Assembly (NCBI GenBank): GCA_964431605.1
Contig: CAYSLH010000001.1
Span: 22,719-86,718 of the forward strand
DNA from: an uncultured Myxococcales bacterium
Lineage (GTDB): Bacteria; Myxococcota; B64-G9
DNA: 64,000 nt
Direction: 5' to 3'
The notes under the pieces are model-generated. The model was not told where the DNA came from. It was given only the letters and a program-made list of their open reading frames with translations, and searched no databases. The position numbers were made by a program, and so were the translations under genes. Below are positions 56,417 to 64,000 of this stretch, in pieces; within the stretch, counting starts at the first letter, position 1; each line of letters begins with the position of its first letter.

Positions 56417-57916
56417 TCAATCCCTCATGGAAAAAATGGTAAATACATGATCATCGACCTTAGCGCAGAAAGCCTTATGGTGTTGGTTTTCGACCAGTAC
56501 TTCACAATTGTCTCCAGCAATTTGGATAACCTGGATCAAATCGAATGCTTTTGCAAGGCTTATATCCAGGGCCTTGGCTGCTGCCTCTTTTACCGTCCAA
56601 ACTCGGACGGCAGCTTCAGTGGCGCCTAATACTGATTTTGAAACCAGTTCTTGTTCTTTCTTGCTAAGAAATAACCTTGAACTCCTGATCACTTTTTCCG
56701 AGAGCATTTCCACGTCGATCCCGATGGGGTATGGGCTGGAGACGGCAATTGCAAAGCGAGGATCATGAGATGCAGCACAGTACCTGGCAGAATCATCTGA
56801 AGATGATAAGATTGGATGAACAAGATCTTCGGCAAGGGTCTCGATTTTCGAACCAGGAGTGCTCCAGTCATCAGATAGCTGTCGTGTCAGAAGTTTCAAG
56901 GCTATCCTGGCACTTCCAAAATCTCTGGCCCTTTTAGGTCCCAAATTACTCCAACGTTTTTTTTCATGGCTCGTAAATATGTAATCATAAAAATCGCACA
57001 TGGAATCCAGGTCCAGGACTGTCAATCCGGTACACACATCTCGCAACCTGGCGAGGGGATCTTCAAGAGAGTCTTTTCGTATCCACTCAGCGGGAGTGAT
57101 CCTTCCAGACGAAACATCCCTGAACTCTGTGTCCATGCATGCTTCTGCCAGGATGCCATCTTTGCGGAAGATGAAGATGTGGAAAAAGAGAGTTTCTCCT
57201 TTTTTCCCTGCAGGAAGGATTCGGCACCAGTATTTTTCACCTGTTTTGCAGGGTGAGTTTACAAACCTCTCCCCGTATCCCACGGGAAAGGTCAGCAATC
57301 CTTCGTACCTTTGTCCCCAGGCGCAAGCTAAGTGGAATGCTCCATCGAGGACGAAAACATTGCCTAGTGGGCCCCAAGGTGTGCGATGTTCGGCCGCGAA
57401 AATTTTCGCCACGGCTCCTGCCTCAGATAGAAAAACAGGTCCGGTAACATTTTGAAAAGAAGGTCCAAATGGAACCAGATCCTTATAGAGTTTTTGTGAC
57501 GAAAACCTTATTCCCACGCCCTCCAGGGCGACAGCCCTTTCTTTGAGAAGGTCAACAGGATCATGAGTACTCGCCTTAGTGCTGGAACCAAAACTTACTT
57601 CAACATGCTTCAGTGTTCTGCTAATTCCTGTTTTTCCAGCTTTTGTGTGAGAGAGCAGATTAGCCTTGATTGCATTTTTAGTTGGATGCAACTCCACAGA
57701 AGCTTTTACAATTGAGGATTCGGGAGGCAGGGGTAGAAACCGGTTGAATCTGGCATTGTGTGAAAACAAGACATTCGGTGGATTTGCGATATCTGACGCA
57801 CAGGTGGCCAAGTATTGAATTGATTCAACCGCTGGAAGAATGGATTTCCCCTCGAATTTATGATCCCTCAAATAAGGGGAGTTGGGGATGTCCAAAGGAA
57901 TTTTTTTTTGGTTCAT
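56417..57916 (-). CDS. Fusion protein: N-terminal PKS-type double-hotdog dehydratase-like domain + C-terminal AcpS/Sfp-type 4'-phosphopantetheinyl transferase
   Basis: HxxxGxxxxP motif (HKFEGKSILPAV) and downstream DxxxH (LDGAFHLA) typical of PKS DH. C-terminal PPTase motifs GIDVE and WTVKEAAAK. ATGA overlap with the upstream thioesterase. Confidence 0.65.
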   Translation of the reverse strand: MNQKKIPLDIPNSPYLRDHKFEGKSILPAVESIQYLATCASDIANPPNVLFSHNARFNRFLPLPPESSIVKASVELHPTKNAIKANLLSHTKAGKTGISRTLKHVEVSFGSSTKASTHDPVDLLKERAVALEGVGIRFSSQKLYKDLVPFGPSFQNVTGPVFLSEAGAVAKIFAAEHRTPWGPLGNVFVLDGAFHLACAWGQRYEGLLTFPVGYGERFVNSPCKTGEKYWCRILPAGKKGETLFFHIFIFRKDGILAEACMDTEFRDVSSGRITPAEWIRKDSLEDPLARLRDVCTGLTVLDLDSMCDFYDYIFTSHEKKRWSNLGPKRARDFGSARIALKLLTRQLSDDWSTPGSKIETLAEDLVHPILSSSDDSARYCAASHDPRFAIAVSSPYPIGIDVEMLSEKVIRSSRLFLSKKEQELVSKSVLGATEAAVRVWTVKEAAAKALDISLAKAFDLIQVIQIAGDNCEVLVENQHHKAFCAKVDDHVFTIFSMRD

Positions 57917-58419
57917 TGTTTAGCGGATTTTTCAGTTATGGGATTTGGGAATGTCTCCCAGGTTTTTACCGTAATGGGATCCACCGCCGTTGGCTTTCCC
58001 TTTTCGTTCAGAGCGCAATGAAGAGTATGTCCAATACAAACCAATTGGTTAGTCTCTGCGTGGATGATGACATATTCGAACTTGACCCGAACTCTCTCCA
58101 GATCGGCTGGCCTGGTGTGAATGAGCATGGGGCTGTCATATTTCAGTGGAAGGAAGTATTTCAATCCCAGGTCAACGATGGGATAGATGTAACCTGAGTC
58201 TTCTACCTGAGAGTATGGAAATCCTATGTCCCTCATCAACGAAGCGCGTCCCAACTCGAAGTACCTGAGATAATTTGCATGATATACGATTCCAGACCTG
58301 TCCGTGTCAGCGTATAGCACGCGATTGAAAACTTGATGGTATACCAAGCCAGTGGTTTTATCTTTAACAAACCTCTTGTCGCCGTTATGGGTCACAGGTA
58401 CAAAAGGAGGAGGTCGCAT
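57913..58419 (-). CDS. Hotdog-fold acyl-CoA/acyl-ACP thioesterase (4HBT/YbgC-like)
   Basis: YADTDRSGIVYHANYLRYFELGR matches the 4HBT catalytic region. 168 aa. Confidence 0.7.
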   Translation of the reverse strand: MRPPPFVPVTHNGDKRFVKDKTTGLVYHQVFNRVLYADTDRSGIVYHANYLRYFELGRASLMRDIGFPYSQVEDSGYIYPIVDLGLKYFLPLKYDSPMLIHTRPADLERVRVKFEYVIIHAETNQLVCIGHTLHCALNEKGKPTAVDPITVKTWETFPNPITEKSAKQ

Positions 58420-58421
58420 TT

Positions 58422-59687
58422 TTATACACCTTTGAATATTACGCAGCAGTTGGTGCCGCCGAATCCAAACGAATTGGACAAGGCAATCTCAACATTCGCT
58501 TTCCGTGGTTTGTTGGGCACCACATCAATGTCGGAAAGAGAAGGATCTTGCAAGTGATTGACCGTGGGTAGAATTATACCTTTTCTCATTCCCTCGATGG
58601 TCAAAGCGGCTTCAATGGCGGCCGAGGCACCTAGGGTATGGCCAAGCATGGACTTATTGGACGAGACAGGAAGGTTTTCCAGGTGTGGACCAAAAACCTC
58701 CCTGAGGCAATTGGCTTCTGTGGAGTCACCTCTTGGTGTGGATGTTCCATGGGCGTTTACGTAGTTCACATCTGAAGGAGAGATATTCGCGTCATCCATA
58801 GCGTCTCTCATGGCCTTTATGATGGTAGGAGCGTTGGGTTTGGTGAAATGATATGCGTCCGATGTCCACCCGATGCCCAAAACTTCGGCCTTCGGTTCTA
58901 ATCCATGAGCCTTTAGGGCATCTTCAGAAGCCAGGAGCACCACACCTGCGCCTTCGCTGAGCACGAATCCCTTTCTGTCAGAGGAAAAGGGGCGCGATGC
59001 CTTCGTTGGATCATCTACTGCCCTGTCACCTTCCTTTATTTTTATGGTAGCGCCCATGTTTGCAAAACCGTGGATTATCTCGGGGAGAATGGGTGTGTCC
59101 ACGCCTCCTGCCAACACGAAGTCCTGGTCTCCGTCCCGAATCAATCTGGCTCCTACTCCAATGGCATGATTGCCGGACGCGCAGGCTCCTTGAGGAGAAA
59201 AATTGAGTCCCTGGAATCCCAGGAGCATTCCCGCTTTTCCAGCTGGTAAATTCCCACAGAGGTTCGGCAGAAGGTATGGGCTGACCCGGTTGGGGCCCTG
59301 GTGTTCGAGAGCTTCCACGGCCGCCCGGTATGCATCGTGACCATTGAGGGCGGAGCCGATGAGGGAGGCTGTTCTTGGTGCTATGTCCGGGGTGATTTCC
59401 AACTTGGCGTCAGCAAGGGCATCCTTACAAACAGCCACGGTCAACAGGACAAAAGAAGCGTTCCAATTATAGACTTCTTTTTGTGAGGTGAACTCTTCGT
59501 CCAAAGGATCCCAATCAGGGATTTCCCCCACAACGTCGCACGGGCTTTTCACCTTGCACCTTGTAACTTTTCTGAAACCGGCCTTTGCTTTCATGGCATT
59601 TTGCCAGGTTGTCTGAAAATGCCGCCCAAGTGGAGTGGCGACAGCATATCCGACTACGAAAACTCTTCTGTTCAAAGGCGCCCTCAT
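58422..59687 (-). CDS. Beta-ketoacyl-ACP synthase (FabF/KASII-like, Cys-His-His triad present)
   Basis: Active-site GACASGNHAIG, His motifs NAHGTSTPRGD and MLGHTLGAS, C-terminal FGFGGTN. Confidence 0.85.
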   Translation of the reverse strand: MRAPLNRRVFVVGYAVATPLGRHFQTTWQNAMKAKAGFRKVTRCKVKSPCDVVGEIPDWDPLDEEFTSQKEVYNWNASFVLLTVAVCKDALADAKLEITPDIAPRTASLIGSALNGHDAYRAAVEALEHQGPNRVSPYLLPNLCGNLPAGKAGMLLGFQGLNFSPQGACASGNHAIGVGARLIRDGDQDFVLAGGVDTPILPEIIHGFANMGATIKIKEGDRAVDDPTKASRPFSSDRKGFVLSEGAGVVLLASEDALKAHGLEPKAEVLGIGWTSDAYHFTKPNAPTIIKAMRDAMDDANISPSDVNYVNAHGTSTPRGDSTEANCLREVFGPHLENLPVSSNKSMLGHTLGASAAIEAALTIEGMRKGIILPTVNHLQDPSLSDIDVVPNKPRKANVEIALSNSFGFGGTNCCVIFKGV

Positions 59688-59720
59688 TGGGCTTCTCCTG
59701 CAAGCGTTATGGAGGATGAA

Positions 59721-61010
59721 TTATGCCACCGGGCCAAGAACCACACAAGCATTGCATCCACCGAATCCAAAAGCATTTTTTAGAACCCAGCGTGGTTCAT
59801 ACTCCACCGCATGGTCAAAAACATTAACTAACCCAAGTTCCTTGTCTGGACTAAGATTGATGGTGGGGGGCAGTGTTTTTCTTTCCATGGATTTTTGCGC
59901 CATCACTAATTCTATGGCGCTCGAAGCGCCCATGCAGTGACCAATGAGCGATTTATTTGCCGTAATGATTGGATGATTTGAACCAAAGAGCTCTAATATG
60001 CTTTTTGCTTCAACCGAATCTCCTACCTTCGTGGATGCGGCATGGGCGTTTATGGCACTGATGTCAGATGGGCCTATGCCGGCATGTTCAATTGCTTGAG
60101 CCATGCATCTTGTGACAGTGACTTGGTTTGGCGCCACGAAATGATGGGCATCAGAAGTCATGGCCCATCCTGCAACGGTTGCTAGTGGTGTCAGGGAGTG
60201 TTCTTTTGCAAAGTTTTTGCTACAGATTATTATGGCTGCCGCTCCTTCGGATATTACAAAACCTCTGCGATTGGAAGAAAAGGGGCGACTGGCTGAAACC
60301 GGCGGCTCAGGTTGGTCTTTTTTTGTCCTGTACGCTCCGTTCATGGTGGCAAATCCTGCCACGATGGGTTCCACCAACGGGAAATCCACTGCCCCGCAAA
60401 TTGCCACGTCTGCCATGCCTGCCTGGATGAACATGGCTCCGGTTATTAGAGATGTGCTTCCAGTGGCACATGCGGTAATGGATGTGGTGATGGGTCCGGT
60501 GGCTCCGGAAAGAATGGAGACTTTTCCCGCAACCATGTTAATGCATGAATTTGGATTGACGAATGGATGTGGAAGTTTTCCCTTTTCTCTCAGTTGTCTG
60601 TCTGCGAAAAGAACAGCGTCGAGACCACCGATAGCGGTAGAAAAGGTGGTGGCCACTCTAGGTGAAATCTCTGGGCTGATTTCCAGCTTGGCTTGTTTCA
60701 AAGCTCGATGAACCACGAGAAGGGAGTGTTTGAATACTGGAGAAAACCAGTGAGCCATCTTGCGTGGCTTGAGGAATTCGTATGAACTGGTATCAATATC
60801 CGGCACCTGTCCTGCAATGGTCACAGGAAAAGTTTCAGGGAGCGTAAACCGGGTCAATGGCCCAATACCACTTTTACCTTCCTCGGCATTGTTTATCTGC
60901 TCTTCGATCTGTGTTCCCAATGGGGTGAGCATATCCATGCCCACTATGACAGGACGATTATCCATAAGAAAAAGTAGCCTACCAGGGGAGGAACCTGTAT
61001 AGCTTGGCAA
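59721..61010 (-). CDS. Second beta-ketoacyl-ACP synthase paralog (active-site Cys retained, so not a CLF)
   Basis: TACATGSTS (Cys), NAHAASTKVGD, LIGHCMGAS, FGFGGCN. Start uncertain (60962 or 61010); overlaps the rSAM gene end. Confidence 0.8.
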   Translation of the reverse strand: MPSYTGSSPGRLLFLMDNRPVIVGMDMLTPLGTQIEEQINNAEEGKSGIGPLTRFTLPETFPVTIAGQVPDIDTSSYEFLKPRKMAHWFSPVFKHSLLVVHRALKQAKLEISPEISPRVATTFSTAIGGLDAVLFADRQLREKGKLPHPFVNPNSCINMVAGKVSILSGATGPITTSITACATGSTSLITGAMFIQAGMADVAICGAVDFPLVEPIVAGFATMNGAYRTKKDQPEPPVSASRPFSSNRRGFVISEGAAAIIICSKNFAKEHSLTPLATVAGWAMTSDAHHFVAPNQVTVTRCMAQAIEHAGIGPSDISAINAHAASTKVGDSVEAKSILELFGSNHPIITANKSLIGHCMGASSAIELVMAQKSMERKTLPPTINLSPDKELGLVNVFDHAVEYEPRWVLKNAFGFGGCNACVVLGPVA

Positions 61011-61977
61011 ACATTTCGTAAACGGTGATCCAGTTTTGGAGATCTTTTGTCGATTGCATGTGGGCGCGTTTGTTTACCATCACCCAACTCATATGTGCCG
61101 CACCGTCCATGCAGGTCGAGCAGTCTCTTGTTTGAGAGGTACAACAGCGGTGAGTGGTTTGAAGGTCAGATGCCCATCTGATGAATCGTATGAGGCGTTT
61201 GGGCTGCGGATCCCTCGTATCCCAGTTAATGGATACGGAGGGACACTCTTTCCATCCGAACTTTCTGCCCAGCATGGTCTGGGTGGTGAGTACTTCATGA
61301 TAGTAGTGCGAAGAAATGACGGTCCGGGGATACTTGATCAACATCTCGTCCATTTCTTCCCTTGCCTGTTTGAGTTGGTCTTGTGTCCAACTAAAGCCAT
61401 CCACTCCTTCGTCGTTGGAAAGAAGCTGCATGTGCACTTTCAAACCGCAGTCGTCGATCCGTTTTACTATGGGTTCGATGGAACCGAGTTGTCTGGGAGA
61501 AATGGTAAACAGGTAGTAAGTGTAGTCATCACCCTCGTAATTTTTGGAAGATATGGCAAACGTGTCTTTTCCCCTGAGCTTTTTTTCCACTTCGGGATCT
61601 CCCCAAAGAGAGATACCCACCATCATGTCGGGAAACTTTTCCCTGTCTACTTTGATGAGCCCGTTGGTGGCACAATATGTTGGCAACCTATCGTAAAAAG
61701 CCGCCACACGATCCAGATACAGGGTTGGCTCTCCTCCGATCAGAATTGCCAGGTTGACACCGCGTTGGACTTCTTTATCTATGAATTCTTTCCATTTTTC
61801 CACGTCGTCCTGTTCTTGTGCAGCCTTGTGTTCACCAGAAGAGAAGAAAAAGCAACCCTTGCAGCGAAGGTTGCACTTGTTGGTCACATCGTAGATGGAT
61901 GAACGAATATTCAGTTTGGAAATTCGCTTGTATCTTTCATACCACTCTTTGTCCAAAAGAGAGCTAACAGTTTTCAT
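60979..61977 (-). CDS. Radical SAM protein (CNLRCKGC) with Cys-rich C-terminal region
   Basis: CxxxCxxC at about residue 37, then GGEPTL. C-terminal CC..C..C cluster (RCCTSQTRDCSTC). AGGTGA RBS. Confidence 0.8.
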   Translation of the reverse strand: MKTVSSLLDKEWYERYKRISKLNIRSSIYDVTNKCNLRCKGCFFFSSGEHKAAQEQDDVEKWKEFIDKEVQRGVNLAILIGGEPTLYLDRVAAFYDRLPTYCATNGLIKVDREKFPDMMVGISLWGDPEVEKKLRGKDTFAISSKNYEGDDYTYYLFTISPRQLGSIEPIVKRIDDCGLKVHMQLLSNDEGVDGFSWTQDQLKQAREEMDEMLIKYPRTVISSHYYHEVLTTQTMLGRKFGWKECPSVSINWDTRDPQPKRLIRFIRWASDLQTTHRCCTSQTRDCSTCMDGAAHMSWVMVNKRAHMQSTKDLQNWITVYEMFAKLYRFLPW

Positions 61978-62027
61978 CTGGTCACCTGTTTGTATCTTGT
62001 TTCCTTCGAGTTTAATTTTATCATCGG

Positions 62028-63143
62028 CTACACGGGTACGAGGTCGAATCCGGGAGGAGGTACCAATTGCGATTGGAGATTCTCATCCTTTTCGTATCCC
62101 ATCACCCATACGGCCAAGTAAGTATCTACATAGTCGAGCCACGCTTTGAAATGTTGCGGGTCTTTTGCATGTCCATGGAGCCTGGCGGTCACAACTGCTG
62201 AACCAGCAGCATAATGCCTGCAATCGGCACAATCCGTATCAGGAACACAGCAGGCTACACCTCGATCCCAGTTCAGATCGGTCCTGTATTGTCTGAAAGA
62301 TCTCCCCAACCCTATGTGGGTGGATGGATTCATGCGGGGATAAGGACATTTATACAGAGCATGCAAGCCCTTTCGATGTGTATGAACCACGGCGGAATAT
62401 GGAGAAAAGAGCACGTTTTCTGGGTAGCGTTTCATGAGTTCCATCATGGAGTTTCTGGTCGCAACCAGTGATTGTTCATCGTGCCTAAGTGGTCCATCAT
62501 ATCCCACAGTAGAAGAGAACATGTTGAATGTCACTTTGAAATCATGTTGTGCCAACAGTCGCACTACCTCATCAGCTTCTGCAATGTTTTCCCTCGTATA
62601 GGTAAAGACGAAAACTGCCCTGTCATCTCCCTCGTAGTTTTCCATCTGCCTGACGAGGAGATCCTTCGCTCGTCTGATCTTCTGGCTGGTCTCGTCGTTT
62701 CCCCACACGGAGATGTGAATCTTGTATCCTACGGACCGGGGGATGTGCTTTACTCCATTTGTCGCAATACTTCCCAGAGGCATTTCTTCATAACACACAT
62801 CGAGCAGGTCCGGCACCAGGGCTGGTTCGGCTCCAGCCAGTACCACATACGTGATACCTCTGGCTTTTTCCTGTCTCATGAGAGCGCGCCAGGATTCAGT
62901 CTCCCTGTTCTCCTTGGCGAACTGCTTTTCTCCTTCGAAATAATAACAGCCGTCACAACGAATGTTACACCGGTTGGACATGTCGTATGTAGATTCTCTC
63001 AGAAAAAAGTATTTTCGGACTTTTTCCCATCTTCGGCGGACAGGGTCTTGCTCGAGCAACTGGGAGAATTTCCACTTTTGTCCAGCTTTGCCCGGGGGCC
63101 TAAAGTCCAACAATTCGCCTGTAGCTTGAGAGGATCCAGACAT
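62028..63143 (-). CDS. Radical SAM protein paralog (CNIRCDGC) with Cys-rich C-terminal region
   Basis: CxxxCxxC and AGAEPAL. C-terminal CCVPDTDCADC. Paralogous to the 60979-61977 gene. Start set at the first ATG (the track begins at TTG 63209). Confidence 0.75.
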   Translation of the reverse strand: MSGSSQATGELLDFRPPGKAGQKWKFSQLLEQDPVRRRWEKVRKYFFLRESTYDMSNRCNIRCDGCYYFEGEKQFAKENRETESWRALMRQEKARGITYVVLAGAEPALVPDLLDVCYEEMPLGSIATNGVKHIPRSVGYKIHISVWGNDETSQKIRRAKDLLVRQMENYEGDDRAVFVFTYTRENIAEADEVVRLLAQHDFKVTFNMFSSTVGYDGPLRHDEQSLVATRNSMMELMKRYPENVLFSPYSAVVHTHRKGLHALYKCPYPRMNPSTHIGLGRSFRQYRTDLNWDRGVACCVPDTDCADCRHYAAGSAVVTARLHGHAKDPQHFKAWLDYVDTYLAVWVMGYEKDENLQSQLVPPPGFDLVPV

Positions 63144-63196
63144 TTGGTTTTTACCTGGATAACGCTGTTTGTGACATATTTGGATTGACTGAAACG

Positions 63197-63433
63197 TCAG
63201 TCCATACAATCTTTGATGTACTTGGCGATGAGACGGACGTTCTTGAGTTTCGGATAATCATCTTCGTCGATGGTTATGGAGTATTCGTCCTGCAGCACAA
63301 GCACCACCGCAGTCAGATCCATGGAGTCGATTCCCAATTCATCGACCAGGTCCAGGTTCTTGTCAAAAGATTCTGGAGTGACATCTTCCAGTTTGAGTTC
63401 TTCAATGATAATTTGCGCTACCCGGTTTTCCAT
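63197..63433 (-). CDS. Acyl carrier protein
   Basis: 78 aa, LGIDSMDL phosphopantetheine attachment motif, acidic helical protein. Confidence 0.8.
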   Translation of the reverse strand: MENRVAQIIIEELKLEDVTPESFDKNLDLVDELGIDSMDLTAVVLVLQDEYSITIDEDDYPKLKNVRLIAKYIKDCMD

Positions 63434-63623
63434 GGTGTCTGATTCTAGCTTCATCGCAGTTGCTTCCATTGCTATACCTCTCCGTGTATCAGTTACCAAT
63501 TCGTTGATTTCCCCGTAACGTTCTCGCCTAACATCAATCTAGTCACCCTGTCAAGCTATTCACGTTTTGTACATTTGACGGCAATAGCATGTTTTTATTT
63601 CAAAGGAGACATCTGGTCCCTTC

Positions 63624-63989
63624 TCAGCCTACTTCCATCCTGCCGTCACCAACCCTTTCTCCTTGTCTGTTGATCTCGAACTTCACTGAATATAGCGAGT
63701 TTTTTTCCGATTCGTGGGTGATTTCACACCGGACTTCAATGTGTTGACCGGGCAGGACAAGACTCCTGATCCTGCTTTTGGGTATGGTCTTCAGATGCAG
63801 GTTGGGCTTCTTTGTCGAAAGTCTGACCAGGTTCAGTACGATATAGATGATGGCCAGCGCGGGAAGAATGGGTTTTTGGGGAAAATGCCCGTCAAACCAG
63901 GGAGAATCAGAAGAAAGGCTCAAGTCGGTCGAAAACGAGTTTTTCCCAACTTCTTTGATTTTCATGTCAGGTTGCCAGGAAGATGTCAT
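63624..63989 (-). CDS. FabZ/FabA-like hotdog beta-hydroxyacyl-ACP dehydratase
   Basis: FDGHFPQKPILPALAI catalytic His motif. About 115-120 aa. Confidence 0.7.
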   Translation of the reverse strand: MTSSWQPDMKIKEVGKNSFSTDLSLSSDSPWFDGHFPQKPILPALAIIYIVLNLVRLSTKKPNLHLKTIPKSRIRSLVLPGQHIEVRCEITHESEKNSLYSVKFEINRQGERVGDGRMEVG

Positions 63990-64000
63990 GGCTTGATTCT

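Noticed and set aside
61036-63188. Plus-strand ORFs 61036-61902 (288 aa) and 62472-63188 (238 aa) antisense to the radical SAM genes
   Set aside because: The minus-strand frames carry CxxxCxxC and GGEPTL motifs and are translationally coupled to neighbours. The plus-strand translations have no motifs.
1-64000. Searched for tRNA/rRNA genes, transposases, integrases, phage genes and toxin-antitoxin pairs
   Set aside because: None recognised. Intergenic regions are short, and the long ones (22.7-23.1 kb, 32.0-32.3 kb, 43.0-43.3 kb, 53.9-54.35 kb) show no cloverleaf-compatible structure or mobile-element protein signatures.

Overview
This 64 kb window is a chromosomal segment spanning the replication origin of a fairly low-GC (roughly 45-50% by eye) deltaproteobacterium-like genome. 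It carries Myxococcota-type hallmarks: a MYXO-CTERM (GCGC + hydrophobic + RRRKG) sorting tail, MopE-like CxDxDxDG metal-binding repeats, and a bactofilin gene directly after parAB. The core is the classic origin neighbourhood: recF<-dnaN<-dnaA | oriC | rpmH-rnpA-yidD-yidC-jag-mnmG-rsmG-parA-parB-bactofilin. Genes point away from about 43.1-43.3 kb on both sides. Left of the origin (1-39 kb) there are envelope and sugar-nucleotide genes (a VWA protein, a LolA-like protein, rimO, an MBL/beta-CASP RNase, ugd plus an epimerase, SRAP). There is also a 1085 aa secreted cysteine-rich MYXO-CTERM protein with tandem repeats, a BtuFCD-like ABC importer split by unrelated genes (patatin, UDPGP-like, a metallophosphoesterase lipoprotein, an AAA/DUF4143 ATPase), comEA, and a block of TPR-rich envelope proteins (a 1.9k aa TPR giant, a TMTC-like protein, an O-antigen-ligase-TPR protein). 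Right of the origin (52-64 kb) there is a rhomboid-TPR protease, a thioredoxin with a homopolymer-interrupted C-terminal extension, and a second Cys-rich repeat lipoprotein. The most interesting element is a tightly packed minus-strand operon that runs off the window end: FabZ-like DH - ACP - radical SAM - radical SAM - KS - KS - hotdog TE - DH::PPTase fusion. This is a self-contained ACP-dependent lipid/polyketide-like pathway with two paralogous radical SAM enzymes. I found no rRNA, tRNA, CRISPR, transposase or integrase.
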